Positions 1-10,300 of a stretch of 64,000 nucleotides of DNA are shown in pieces. The notes below the pieces were generated by a model. That model saw only the letters and a list, made by a program, of their open reading frames with translations. It was not told where the DNA came from and searched no databases. The translations under genes were made by a program, and so were the position numbers. The number at the start of each line of letters is the position of its first letter. Positions within the stretch are counted from its first letter, which is position 1. This DNA is from Trueperaceae bacterium (GTDB taxonomy: Bacteria > Deinococcota > Deinococci > Deinococcales > Trueperaceae), in assembly GCA_965215565.1 (NCBI GenBank), contig CBDCDZ010000004.1, positions 2,624,001 through 2,688,000 on the forward strand, in the 5' to 3' direction.

Positions 1-2636
1 ACCGCGTTGACCCGAGCCTGTTCGACGAGCAGGTCAGGTAGAACGCTCTGCTGCTCGCTCGTCATTTCAAGGCCGCGAGCGACGTACCTGCTAGCCTGCT
101 CGGGCATGTCTTGGAGTCTGGCGGCGCAGCTTAGGTTGCAGAGAACATAAGGCGTGAGGCTCGTAAACATGAGCTTGTCGCAAAGGCTCAAACTCCGTTC
201 CAGGTGACGCTGCGCTTCCTCTAACCTTTGAGCGTCCAAGAGCAAAAACCCCAAGTTGTTGAGGCTTCTCGCTACGCCGCGCTCGTCACCCAACGTTTCG
301 TGCAAAGCCACGCTGCGCAGATGATAGCGCTCCGCAAGCGCCCCTGCCCCCGCCGCTGTGGATAGATTGGCGAGGTTGTTGACCACCGTCGCTTCGTGGC
401 GAACCTCGCCTAGACGCTCGTATAGCTCGAGACTCTCCTGGAGATAGCCTAGCGCCCGGTCGTAGTGGTCCATACCGAGCAGGGTACCGAGGTCGACGAG
501 CGTGCGGGCTCTGAGGGACGGCTCACCGGCTTCAAGGAGGCGTAAGCTCTCCTCGGCGCAGCGGATGGCCTCCCCCCGCCTTCCCGACTGAGCGAGTTGC
601 CAGGACACCGCCCGGTAAAGCTCACCCAGGGTCCGAACATCTGGCGAGGCTGCCCCTTCGAGCGTCACGATGGCTTCCTTGAAAAAGGCTGCGCCCTCGC
701 TAGCGCGGCTCGTAAATTCGAAGAAGAATTGAAACATGATGATACCTGTCCAGAGCGCTTCGCTATCTCCTTCGTTCAGCCACCCAGCCCAGACGGACTG
801 CAAATTAGCGAGTTCAGCGTCTAGCTCCGCGAGTACGATCTGGGATCTCTTGCCGCGAATGGCGTCTCTGCGTCCCTCTAAAAAGGTTCTAAAGTACACC
901 GCGTGCTCGCGGCGCACCTCTTCTTCAAGCTCGGGCTGCGCTAAAAGTTTTTGCCTCGTGAACTCGTAGAGCAGCGGGTGGCGGTCGTAGCGTCCACTCG
1001 GCTGCGGGCGTAAGAGCGCTTTGTCACCCAGCGCGACGAGGCGCGATAAGCCTACGCCCGCGACCCTTTGCGCCGCCTCTCGGGTAAACCCACCCCGAAA
1101 CACCGCTAAGCCCATGAGGGCGCGCTGCTCGTCCTCGCTGAGCAGCCGCCAGGAGGACTCAAACGCCGCCAGGAGGCTCGCTTGGCGCTCGGGCAGGTTG
1201 CGCACGTTGCCACTCAGCGAGATCAGGTCCTGCCCTAGATGTTCGGCTATCTGTTCGCAGGGCAGCACGTTGACTAGAGCTGCCGCGAGTTCGGTAGCGA
1301 GCGGCGAGCCTCCGACGGCGCGGCAGATGCGGGCGACGGCGTCCAAGTCCCTTTCCGAAGGGTCAAAGCCCTGCCGGTGGCGTTTGGCGCGTTCGACGAA
1401 CAGGGTGAGCGCGTCTGAGCGTGCATCCTCAAAGGGTAAACCCTCCAACCACAGGACGAACTCCTCAGCCAGGTTGAGGCGTTCGCGCGAGGTGACGAGC
1501 AGGGTGAGGTTGGGGCAGCGCTCTAACAGTTCAGGTAGGAGCATCACCTCATCTATGAGGTGTTCGAAGTTGTCGAGAACGAGCAGCCTAACCCGGTCTC
1601 CGATGGCTGCGGCGAGCGCCTCGACTGGAGTCTCGCTGCCAGGCTCACCTTTAAGCTCCCCCTTGATCTCAATGCCGAGTGTGGCGGCAAAGCGGTAGGG
1701 AAGCTCACTCGGTGAGGTGAGCGACTCGAGCTTGACGAGGTCAACTCCATCTCGGAAAGCTCCCTGCTGAATCATCCGGTTGGCAATTTGGAGCGCCAGC
1801 CGCGTTTTGCCCATGCCCGCTAGACCGACGACGCTGAGCAGGCGTTCACCCTGACCCAAGAGGCTTTCAGCCGCCGCTATCTCCTCGTGGCGTCCGATAA
1901 AGGACGTGCCCCGCGTCGGTAGGGGTTGCGCGGAGGGGCGCAGATGCGTTCTCGCTTCAGCGGGTGTAAGCGTCAAGTCGAGGCCGAAGTCGTGCGCGGC
2001 TCGCGCTACGTCCGCTGCGTAGGGGTGCTCATCGGCTCTAAGCAGCGTGTATACGCGGGGCATCAGCTCGGGGTCTAGCCCGCCCCCTAATTCACTACTG
2101 CCCAGCACCGCGCACCCATCTTTCGCGCACTGTGCGCCCGCACTAAAGCGTCCCTCTTTCGCTGCCGCTTCGCCGAGTTGCACGTGCGCCTCACACACGC
2201 GTCCCGCTAAGAACTCGCGCGTGCTGTAGACCCAACCTTCTAGTTCCGCCGACCAGTCGCTCAGACCGACGCCGCTCAGGAAGGGTCCTTTGTAAGCCTC
2301 TACTGATCGCTGAAGTGCAGACTGGGGCGTAGGGTGCTCCAGCCTTTCTAAAAGCTCGCCCGCGTCAGTTGGCACAGTCGCCCAGACATGTGCGTCATCA
2401 CCTTCTACAACCTCACCGCAAGCCTTTCTGAGCCTCGAGAGTTCGGTGGACAGGCTCGCTAAGGGGTCCTTAGCGTGGGGCCAGAACAGCGTAGCGATGC
2501 GCCGCCGCGCCTGTTTGCCTTCCAAGCAGAGGTAGGCGAGCACAAGGAGCGGTTTGGTGCGCCTGAACGGCCGCCCCTCTAGCTGAAGGCCGCCGAGCGT
2601 GCGTAACCTCACTTCGCCTTTGTCGACCTGTGCCAC
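1..2636 (-). CDS. AfsR/SARP-type regulator: wHTH/BTAD + STAND (NB-ARC-like) ATPase + TPR; runs off the left edge (partial)
   Basis: Not in the ORF track because no stop lies in the window. Sampled segments translated by hand fall in one frame from GTG 2636: RTKPLLVLAYLCLE, Walker A GLAGMGKT (~1803-1826), TPR-like ALGYLQESLELY. Paralog of 4821..7655. Confidence 0.85.
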   Translation of the reverse strand, partial: MAQVDKGEVRLRTLGGLQLEGRPFRRTKPLLVLAYLCLEGKQARRRIATLFWPHAKDPLASLSTELSRLRKACGEVVEGDDAHVWATVPTDAGELLERLEHPTPQSALQRSVEAYKGPFLSGVGLSDWSAELEGWVYSTREFLAGRVCEAHVQLGEAAAKEGRFSAGAQCAKDGCAVLGSSELGGGLDPELMPRVYTLLRADEHPYAADVARAAHDFGLDLTLTPAEARTHLRPSAQPLPTRGTSFIGRHEEIAAAESLLGQGERLLSVVGLAGMGKTRLALQIANRMIQQGAFRDGVDLVKLESLTSPSELPYRFAATLGIEIKGELKGEPGSETPVEALAAAIGDRVRLLVLDNFEHLIDEVMLLPELLERCPNLTLLVTSRERLNLAEEFVLWLEGLPFEDARSDALTLFVERAKRHRQGFDPSERDLDAVARICRAVGGSPLATELAAALVNVLPCEQIAEHLGQDLISLSGNVRNLPERQASLLAAFESSWRLLSEDEQRALMGLAVFRGGFTREAAQRVAGVGLSRLVALGDKALLRPQPSGRYDRHPLLYEFTRQKLLAQPELEEEVRREHAVYFRTFLEGRRDAIRGKRSQIVLAELDAELANLQSVWAGWLNEGDSEALWTGIIMFQFFFEFTSRASEGAAFFKEAIVTLEGAASPDVRTLGELYRAVSWQLAQSGRRGEAIRCAEESLRLLEAGEPSLRARTLVDLGTLLGMDHYDRALGYLQESLELYERLGEVRHEATVVNNLANLSTAAGAGALAERYHLRSVALHETLGDERGVARSLNNLGFLLLDAQRLEEAQRHLERSLSLCDKLMFTSLTPYVLCNLSCAARLQDMPEQASRYVARGLEMTSEQQSVLPDLLVEQARVNA

Positions 2637-2829
2637 GGCTGCGCCTCATCTCTGCCCCTGTCCCTTTAGCCCTATAAAATGTTCTCTCGCTTTCAGTTTA
2701 CACCTTTTCGCTTTGGCGCTCTTGAAGGATGTTGACCACCCCTTCGCCGCAAGAACCTTCAAGACGCTGAGGTCTATCTCGCTTAGCCTCAGCTATGGCT
2801 CTAGAGCGCAGTTGCGAAGAGGTCGTCTG

Positions 2830-4473
2830 GTGAGAGGGCGCGGCGTACAGAAGCGTCCGCGTTGCCGCGCCGTTTTGGGTCCTTACGGACCACCCGTCAC
2901 GGTGGGGCTGGCGCAAGCTGCCGAGGACGAGGTGGCGCAGCGCATCTGGCAGCGTGATGTGACGCTCTGGCCCGGTGCGTCGGACGCTAAACAGCTCGGC
3001 TGGTTGGACGCGCCCGAGCGGATGAACGAGACGTTCGCGCCCCTACAGGCGTTCGCCGAGGAGGTCCGCCGCGAGGGGTTCGAGCGCGTTTTGCTCCTCG
3101 GCGTGGGTGCGCCGCACTTGGCGCTCGAGCTGATCCGCCGCACCTTTGCTCAGGCTGAGGGGTATCTCGCCCTGAGTGCGCTCGCCAGCACCGACGCGGA
3201 CGCGGTCTTAACGGAGGCGAAGCGCTTGGACCCGGCGACGCTCCTCATCGTCGCGGATAAGGTGGGTGGGGCGTTGGAAACGCGCACACTCTTTAGCTTT
3301 TTCTCCAACTATCTGGAACGCGAGCTAGGGGCGGAAGGGGCAGGCCGCCGCTTCGCTGCCGTCGGCAATCCCGGCGACTCACTCGCAGCACTTGCAAGCG
3401 AGCACCGCGTCCGCACGGCTTTCTTAAACGACCCAGACGTCCCCGGCTGCTACGCGGCGCTCTCGCTCTGTGGGCTGCTCCCGGCAGCGCTCGCGGGGGT
3501 GGACGTGTCCGCCCTGCAACGCCACGCGCGCGTCGGGGCGGCGGCGTGCCGCGCCGAACCAAAAACCAATGCGGGCGTGTGGCTCGGCACGGTGCTGGGC
3601 GTTTTGGCAGGAGCCGGACGCGACAAGGTCACGTTCGTGCTGCCCGAAGAACTCGCCGGCTTAGGCGCGTGGTTGGAGCGGCTCTTAGCCGAAGCGACGG
3701 GCAAAGAGGGCGTGGGCATCGTGCCCGTTATCGGTGAGCCCCTGGGTGCGCCCGAGGTCTACGGTGATGACCGGGTCTTCGTCCGTTTCGAACTCGACGG
3801 TGCAACCTCAGCGCCACATGCGCCTTTGCAGCAGTTAGAAACCGTAGGGCACCCCACCTTGCACCTCACGTTGCCCAGCCCCTACGCGGTGAGCGAACAG
3901 CTCTTCGTCTGGCAGTTCGTGGCGGCGGTAGCGGCTTATCAGTTAGGCGTCAACCCCTTCGATCAGAGTGAGGTCGCGGAGGCTGACACCCGCACGCAGC
4001 ACCTCATGGCGCACTACGCCCAAACCCACACCATGCCAGACACGTCGGCTGCGGTCTCCGCCGAGACGTTGGCCGTGTTTCTCAGCACGCTCGAGCCGGG
4101 CGACTACGTCGCGCTGCAAGCGTACCTGCCGCCATCTCAAGAGGTCACCGCGAGTTTGGAGAGGCTCCGCGTCGCCCTGCGGGACCGCTTCAGGGTGGCG
4201 GTGACCTGTGCGTTTGGACCGCATTATCTGCACAGCACGGGGCAGCTTCATAAAGGGGGCAAGGGTGGACACGTCGTGCAGCTCGTGTCCGAGCCGAGGC
4301 AGAACGCGCCGATCCCTCCTTCGGCGGGTGAGCCGCCGTCCTTTTACACGCTGAAAAGAGCGCAGGCGTTAGGGGATAAGCAAGCGCTAGAAGCGGCGGG
4401 GCGGCGGGTGATTGGGTTTAATTTGGGGCAGCGGGTGGTGGCGGGGCTTGAAGTGCTTAGCCGTCTATCCTAG
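2830..4473 (+). CDS. Glucose-6-phosphate isomerase-like protein (PGI half of the Tal-PGI family) with degenerate active-site motifs; start uncertain
   Basis: LGWLDAP, GRDKVT, AEATGKEGVGIVPV, GVNPFDQ, GPHYLHSTGQLHKGG, AQALGD. The track start at 2599 overlaps the divergent gene, so GTG 2830 is preferred. Confidence 0.75.
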   Translation: MRGRGVQKRPRCRAVLGPYGPPVTVGLAQAAEDEVAQRIWQRDVTLWPGASDAKQLGWLDAPERMNETFAPLQAFAEEVRREGFERVLLLGVGAPHLALELIRRTFAQAEGYLALSALASTDADAVLTEAKRLDPATLLIVADKVGGALETRTLFSFFSNYLERELGAEGAGRRFAAVGNPGDSLAALASEHRVRTAFLNDPDVPGCYAALSLCGLLPAALAGVDVSALQRHARVGAAACRAEPKTNAGVWLGTVLGVLAGAGRDKVTFVLPEELAGLGAWLERLLAEATGKEGVGIVPVIGEPLGAPEVYGDDRVFVRFELDGATSAPHAPLQQLETVGHPTLHLTLPSPYAVSEQLFVWQFVAAVAAYQLGVNPFDQSEVAEADTRTQHLMAHYAQTHTMPDTSAAVSAETLAVFLSTLEPGDYVALQAYLPPSQEVTASLERLRVALRDRFRVAVTCAFGPHYLHSTGQLHKGGKGGHVVQLVSEPRQNAPIPPSAGEPPSFYTLKRAQALGDKQALEAAGRRVIGFNLGQRVVAGLEVLSRLS

Positions 4474-4584
4474 CTTCACCTTCTCATGAATACTCCGATA
4501 TCTTCAGGTTGACGAGCTGTCTAAATGACAACCTATCAGAAAGGTACATGATGAGAAAGTTTAGTTTCCGTATGGCTATACTTC

Positions 4585-4741
4585 TAGCAGGTATCATCTA
4601 GTCTGAGTGTACGTAAGTTTTGCGAAGCAACACTCCCACTTTCGAGAACATCGTTTGGCACGCACATTTTGAGATGAAGTTCCGTTACAGCAAAGCTGTG
4701 AAATCTGCGTTCGTTTGTCTCAGTATGTTTTGGAAGTGCTA
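4585..4741 (+). repeat. Dispersed palindromic element family A (TAGCAGGTATCATC...GGAAxTGCTA), copy
   Basis: Aligns by eye with the copies at 10301, 16608, 19571 and 27824. Confidence 0.85.
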
Positions 4742-4820
4742 TTCTAACGGCTATCCTTTCGTTCATAACCCAGATCTTTGGAGAAGACCCTCCCTTTTAA
4801 GCACAGGGATAGTGCGCTTT

Positions 4821-7655
4821 CTAAAGTTTCCTGAGGAGGCGCACTGCCTCCTCTAAAGTCAAGCGTTTTCCTTCGTGTAATATTGAGGTGAACTTCGGCG
4901 GGGAAAGCGAAGCGTGCGCCGCGTCCACCACCCGCTGATAATCCTCGTCTTCTTCCAGGGGCGACAAGTTGAGTGAGCTGCGTAGGGCGTGAGCCGCGCC
5001 CAAAAGCTTAACAGCATCTTCCGCGTGTATGGTTGCCACCGGCAGAGCGAGGTTCACGAGGACAATACTTGTGAGGTAGGTGTTGTTTGCATCTCGCGCG
5101 CCGCGAAGCGCTCGCATAAGATAAGCGCAACCCTCTTCGTGCTCTCCCCGGAGGAGAAGGAACTTGCCGAGTAAGTTCTCTGCGTACGAAATGAGAGGTT
5201 TATAGCCCACACTGACGCATTTACTAAGGCATTCACGCACAGTGCGCACCGCAATCTCTGACTCTCCTCTCTGCTGCGCGAGAGAGGCGTAATTGTAAAG
5301 CGTTCGCGCTGTTGCCACATTGTCACCCAGCGCCCGTTTAAGCGCTAAGCTCTCCTCGTAAAGCCGCGCTGCACATTCCAGGTTTCCTACGTTCGGAGCC
5401 GCCTCTAAGCTCGCAAGGTTGGTGAGCACTTTAGCTTTAAGTGAGGTATCGGTGGTGCCGAGCAGACAAAGCGCACGCTGATAAGCGCCTCGCGCCTCGT
5501 CCGCCCTATGCAGCACGCGGTAGAGGGTGCCGAGGACGCTGAGCGTCCTAGACTGCTCAGTGTCCTCGCAAGCCAAGGCGAGGCTTTCCTCGGCAATGCG
5601 AAGCGCACGCTCGAACTGGCTCAACCGGTAGAGAAGCTGGGCTTGGTGGCGCAGCAAAGTGACGCGCAGCTCCGCGTGCGCGCCAAGCGCAGCGAAGTGG
5701 TCGCTGGCGCTAGCAAACAGCGCTGTACCCTCTTGTGACCTGCTGCTGAAATCGAAGTACTGCCACAGTGCGGGCAGGGCTGCTGCCACCGCGTCCCCCT
5801 GCGCGTGTTCGAGCCAGTAGGTCCAGGCGAGCTGAATGTTGCTAACCTCTTGCTCGAGGTGTTGAAGCACCGTTTGGCTGGCTGAGCTGTCGGATCGCTC
5901 GGGCTGGGACGCTCGAGCCGCTAGAAAAGCGCGGTAGTACGCCGCGTGCTTACTCCTCAGCGCCTCGAGGTCGCCTTGCTCCGCCAGCTTCCGCTGCGTA
6001 AACTCGTACAGCAGGGGATGCCGCCCAAAGCGCCCCTCGTCACGCATCACCAACAGCGACTTGTCCACCAACGACACGAGCGTAGGCAGCCCCGCCCCAA
6101 CCACCTCTTTCGCCGCCTCCTGACTGAATCCACCCCGAAAGACCGACAGCCCCTGCAGCACCCGCCGCTCCTCGTCCGAGAGGAGCCGCCAGGAATACTC
6201 GAACGCCGCCTCGATACTGCGGTGACGCTCAGGCACGTTGCGCAGGGTCGTGCTGAGCACTTGACTCTGCCCAAGCTGCGCGGCGATGTCGGCGCAGGAC
6301 ATGAGGCGCGTCCACGAGGCGGCTAGCTCCAAGGCGAGCGGCGAGCCCTCGACGCGCCTACAGACCTCTTCGATCGCTCGCACGTCCTCCTCGGTGGGTG
6401 AAAAGGTGAGGTCGGCTCGCCTAGCACGCTCCACGAAGAGCTGCGCCGCTTCGGAGAGCCCGTCGGCTGAGTCCGCACCGGGCAGCCCCTCCAGCCACAT
6501 CACCCACTCCTCTTCCAAGTTGAGGCGCTCGCGCGACGTGACCAAGACCTTGAGGTTAGGGCGGCGCGTGAGCAGGTCTGAAAGAAGAGGGGCAGCCCCC
6601 ATGACGTGTTCGAAGTTGTCGAAATACAGGAGGCACCGCTTGGGAGCGAGGTGTTGGGTTATTTGCCCCAACACCTCTGACCCGTCAAGCTCGAGCCCAA
6701 GCGCACCAGCCAGGGTGCTCAGCACCTCATCCTCTCGGGTCAACGCGACGAGCCAGACGGGGTAGAAGTCCGCGAACAGCTCGGCTTGCACTCTGATGAC
6801 CTCGACTGCCAACCTGGACTTACCCATCCCGGCCATACCCACGAGGGTTACGAGCCGAGCCTCACCCCGGAGCAGGTCCGTCACGGTGCGAACCTCCGAG
6901 CTGCGCCCGACGAAGCTCGTGTTGTAGGTGGGCAGGGTCTGCCTTTCAAGACATAAGCGTCGCCGCGCCGTTTCAGGTGTCAGGTCAAGAGGCAACCCTA
7001 GCGCGTCCGCGCGTTGCCTAAGTTGCGCTCTTAGAGGATGCTCGCCCGCGGCGAGAAGCGTGTAGGCGCGGCGTAGCTGCTCGGTGTCAGGAGTGAGCAT
7101 GAGCGGTTCGCACGCCTCCGCAGCGTGCCGCGCTGCGCCCGCGAAGTCGCCCGACTTCGCGGCTCGCTCTCCCAGAGTCAAGCGAGCTTCGCAGACACGC
7201 GCCGCCAAAAACGTGCGGGTACGTTCTATCCACTCCCGCAGCTCCGCCGACACCTCTTGGGCGTTCACCTCCGGCAGAAAGTCGCCTGCGTAAAGCTCGG
7301 CTGTTCTTTCATACTCCTTGCGCTCAGCGGCGTCTAGGAGCACCCTAGCGTCTGAGCGCAAGCGCGGATACACCCGCACGTCGTCGGCTTCGAACACCTC
7401 ACCGACACGCTTTTTCAGCCTCGAGAGTTCAGTCGATAAACTCGCTAGCGCGTTCGCCGCACGGGGCCAGAAGAGTTCCGCTAGGTGCCGCCGCTCTTGC
7501 GGCCCCTCTAAGCAGAGGTAGCAGAGCAAGAGGAGCGGCTTGGTGCGCTCAAAATCGCTGCCCTCTAGCGCCAAGCGCCCCAAGGTGATGAGTTTGGTTT
7601 GGTGAGAGGAAGACTGGACCATAGATATTCCCGTGCTACACCGAGCGTAATGCAA
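4821..7655 (-). CDS. AfsR/SARP-type regulator with STAND ATPase and TPR repeats (start may be Met at 7622)
   Basis: N-terminal RRHLAELFWP wHTH, FVGR, GMAGMGKS Walker A, YFDNFEH Walker B, LVTSRE, GSPLALELAA, C-terminal TPRs. Confidence 0.9.
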   Translation of the reverse strand: MHYARCSTGISMVQSSSHQTKLITLGRLALEGSDFERTKPLLLLCYLCLEGPQERRHLAELFWPRAANALASLSTELSRLKKRVGEVFEADDVRVYPRLRSDARVLLDAAERKEYERTAELYAGDFLPEVNAQEVSAELREWIERTRTFLAARVCEARLTLGERAAKSGDFAGAARHAAEACEPLMLTPDTEQLRRAYTLLAAGEHPLRAQLRQRADALGLPLDLTPETARRRLCLERQTLPTYNTSFVGRSSEVRTVTDLLRGEARLVTLVGMAGMGKSRLAVEVIRVQAELFADFYPVWLVALTREDEVLSTLAGALGLELDGSEVLGQITQHLAPKRCLLYFDNFEHVMGAAPLLSDLLTRRPNLKVLVTSRERLNLEEEWVMWLEGLPGADSADGLSEAAQLFVERARRADLTFSPTEEDVRAIEEVCRRVEGSPLALELAASWTRLMSCADIAAQLGQSQVLSTTLRNVPERHRSIEAAFEYSWRLLSDEERRVLQGLSVFRGGFSQEAAKEVVGAGLPTLVSLVDKSLLVMRDEGRFGRHPLLYEFTQRKLAEQGDLEALRSKHAAYYRAFLAARASQPERSDSSASQTVLQHLEQEVSNIQLAWTYWLEHAQGDAVAAALPALWQYFDFSSRSQEGTALFASASDHFAALGAHAELRVTLLRHQAQLLYRLSQFERALRIAEESLALACEDTEQSRTLSVLGTLYRVLHRADEARGAYQRALCLLGTTDTSLKAKVLTNLASLEAAPNVGNLECAARLYEESLALKRALGDNVATARTLYNYASLAQQRGESEIAVRTVRECLSKCVSVGYKPLISYAENLLGKFLLLRGEHEEGCAYLMRALRGARDANNTYLTSIVLVNLALPVATIHAEDAVKLLGAAHALRSSLNLSPLEEDEDYQRVVDAAHASLSPPKFTSILHEGKRLTLEEAVRLLRKL

Positions 7656-7945
7656 GAGGGCGAGACATCTCTTGCAAAAAGTTGACTTTCTTCAGAGTCT
7701 CTATCTCTGTGTCTCTATCTCTGTTCAACTACGCTAGAAAGGTCATCATCCACTTCCCTAAAGGGATTGTGCGGCGTAGAGACGATTCATACAGTAATAA
7801 ATACAGTAGTAAGCTATGTGCCCCTACTGCATCTGCCTCTTTCTGTGACTTTTCCAGCGAGGTCTACTGTTACCATAGAACAACCGCGCCGCACATGACA
7901 ATAGAGCAGCCGCATCAGCCTAAAGGGGACAACCAGCCCCACTGC

Positions 7946-8441
7946 TCAGCCGAAACGCTCCAATAACGCGCGCAGCCGCGCCGCGCGTTCCTGCGAACTC
8001 GCCAGCATCCTTTTGAGGAGCAACTCACCCGGTTTATCCTGGCGGCCCAGGGCAGCACTAAGCGTCACGTCTAGCCTGTTCGCCACCATCCGCTCGTGGC
8101 TCAAGTCAAGCGCGAGCATGACCTGGGGGCTGTAGACGTCTTCGTCTTCGTGCTCCAAGTAGGAGAAGGTGAAGAGCTGGGGTCCGCTCACCGGCACCGC
8201 GCCCAGCGAGAGGATGTTCTCGGCGATAGACTCGAGCAGCAGGCGCACCTCTTCATGACACACGCGCACCGCCGCGTTGAAGTTATGCGGCACATCCGCG
8301 CTCACCCACGCCTGCTTCTGATACTGCAGGCTCAGCACCATATGCGCCCCCAGATGCTCGTTGAAGAGCGGCGCGAGTTCCTTGACTGTGGCGAGTGGCA
8401 GCCGCCCAGGGATGAGGGCGGTACTCTATATGCGACTCCAT
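7946..8441 (-). CDS. DpsA/ferritin-like protein with atypical metal ligands; 5' end appears frameshifted
   Basis: IAENILSLGAVPVSG and LEHEDEDVY resemble DpsA. The frame stays open upstream of Met 8341 (LPLATVKELAPLFNEHL) to a stop at 8426; the nearest ATG (8441) is in another frame. Confidence 0.6.
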
Positions 8442-8519
8442 GTGGGACGGTTGCGAGGTTTGAGGCTCGAGCGCAAGCTTGGCTCGAGCCTCTTTCGCCC
8501 TATATCACGGTAAGCTCAG

Positions 8520-9752
8520 CTAAACCCGCTTGAACACGAGCGCCGCGTTCTGTCCGCCGAAGGCGAAGTTCTGTGACAGCACGTAGTCCACCCGCTTCTC
8601 CCTGGGCGCTTCGGGGATGAAGTCCAGGTCAAGCTCGGGATCAGGATCGAGGTGGTAGTTGTGCGTCGGGGGCAGCGTGCAGGTGTGGAGCGCCTGCACG
8701 CTGGCAATCGCCTCGATGCCGCCCGCCGCGCCGAGGGTGTGTCCCGTAATCCCTTTGATAGAGGAGACTGGCGGAACCGCGTCCGCGCCGCCGAAAACGG
8801 CTTTGAGTGCCAGCGTCTCGTTGAGGTCGTTCGCGGGCGTCGAGGTGCCGTGCGCGTTGACGTAACCCACTTGGTCAGCGCTTATGCCCGCCGACTTGAG
8901 CGCCCAATTGACCGCTCTAACCGCGCCTGCGCCGCCCGGCGCGGGCTGCGTCATGTGGTAGGCGTCGGCGCTGGTGGACGCGCCCACGACTTCGGCGTAG
9001 ATGCGCGCGCCGCGCGCTCTAGCGTGCTCGAACTCCTCGAGCACCAGAATCCCTGCGCCTTCGCCCGCCACGAAGCCGTCGCGTGAGGCGGTGAAGGGGC
9101 GACTCGCCGTCTCGGGGCTCTCGTTGCGCGTCGAGAGGGCTTTCATCACGGCGAAACCGCCGATGCCGATAGGCGTCACGCACGCTTCGCTGCCGCCCGT
9201 GATCATGATTTGGGCCTCGCCGCGCTGGATGATGTGAAAGGCGTCGCCGACTGCGCCCGAGCCCGTCGAGCACGCCGTGACCACCGCGCTGCTCGGTCCT
9301 TGCAGTCCGTAGCGCATCGCGACTTGCCCCGAACCCATGTTGGCGATCATCATCGGGATGAAAAAGGGGCTCATGCGCATCGGGCTGCGCTCGAAGCGAA
9401 TCTTCGTCTGCGCCTCCCACGTCTCCAAGCCGCCGATGCCGCTGCCGATGCACGTGCCCGTGTGCTCGCCCGCCACCTCGTCTTCGCTGAGCCCCGCGTC
9501 CTCTAGTGCTAGCGCCGCGCCGATAAGCGCGAAATGTACGTAGCGGTCTAGCCGCTTCGCCTCCTTGCGCTCGATGTACTGGGAGACGTCGACGTCGACT
9601 TCGCCCGCGATGGTGACGTCAGTTTGGCTGGCGTCAAACCGGGTGATCTGGCGGATGCCGTTCTTGCCTTCGTGCTGAGCCTGCAAAAAAGCTTCTGCGC
9701 CGACGCCAACTGAAGTGACCGGACCTACACCTGTGACTACAACTCGCTTCAT
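8520..9752 (-). CDS. fabF: 3-oxoacyl-ACP synthase II
   Basis: TACSTG, NAHGTST, GHTLGAAG, NFAFGGQN. Confidence 0.97.
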   Translation of the reverse strand: MKRVVVTGVGPVTSVGVGAEAFLQAQHEGKNGIRQITRFDASQTDVTIAGEVDVDVSQYIERKEAKRLDRYVHFALIGAALALEDAGLSEDEVAGEHTGTCIGSGIGGLETWEAQTKIRFERSPMRMSPFFIPMMIANMGSGQVAMRYGLQGPSSAVVTACSTGSGAVGDAFHIIQRGEAQIMITGGSEACVTPIGIGGFAVMKALSTRNESPETASRPFTASRDGFVAGEGAGILVLEEFEHARARGARIYAEVVGASTSADAYHMTQPAPGGAGAVRAVNWALKSAGISADQVGYVNAHGTSTPANDLNETLALKAVFGGADAVPPVSSIKGITGHTLGAAGGIEAIASVQALHTCTLPPTHNYHLDPDPELDLDFIPEAPREKRVDYVLSQNFAFGGQNAALVFKRV

Positions 9753-9825
9753 AGGATGACCTTACCGCCGCGCTTCCTTGACGGGAACGTCTTGACGCCG
9801 TCTTTGCGGAGAAGCGCGAGCTGCC

Positions 9826-10065
9826 TTACTTCTGCGCCGCGACGAAATCCACCGCGTCGCCCACGGTGCGGATATTTTCAGCTTCTTCGTCGCTGATCTC
9901 GATGCCGAACTCGTCCTCTAAGCCCATGATGAGTTCGACGACGTCTAGAGAGTCCGCGCCCAAGTCGTCCACGAAAGACGCCTCCTCTTTGACCTCGCCA
10001 GGATCGGCGTCGAGTTTGTCGGCGGTAACTTCTTTGATCTTATCCAGAATTTCGCTGCGTTCCAT
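9826..10065 (-). CDS. acpP: Acyl carrier protein
   Basis: [12 protein letters not shown]. Confidence 0.97.
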   Translation of the reverse strand: MERSEILDKIKEVTADKLDADPGEVKEEASFVDDLGADSLDVVELIMGLEDEFGIEISDEEAENIRTVGDAVDFVAAQK

Positions 10066-10234
10066 TGACTGTCCTCCAAAAGTTAAGGGTGTTTCGGGTA
10101 AATCTCAGGGATTCTAACACGGGCTGTAAAGAGAATGCACGCTGAGAGGGTTGCCGCAATACCACCCGGTGATGTGAGTGCTGGCTCGAAGCTTCTTTAG
10201 TAGCAGCGTGTCTGAGGGCACACACCTTGCACGG

Positions 10235-10300
10235 TGACCAGATGATACCTGCTACCTTGACCAGATGATACCTGCTTGCACGATGACCAGATGATACCTG
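10235..10300 (+). repeat. Three tandem copies of TGACCAGATGATACCTG (terminal motif of family A)
   Basis: Copies start at 10235, 10258 and 10284. Confidence 0.9.

Noticed and set aside
1021..1698. 225-aa plus-strand ORF and the many similar antisense ORFs in the track
   Set aside because: These are shadow frames of GC-rich real genes on the opposite strand.
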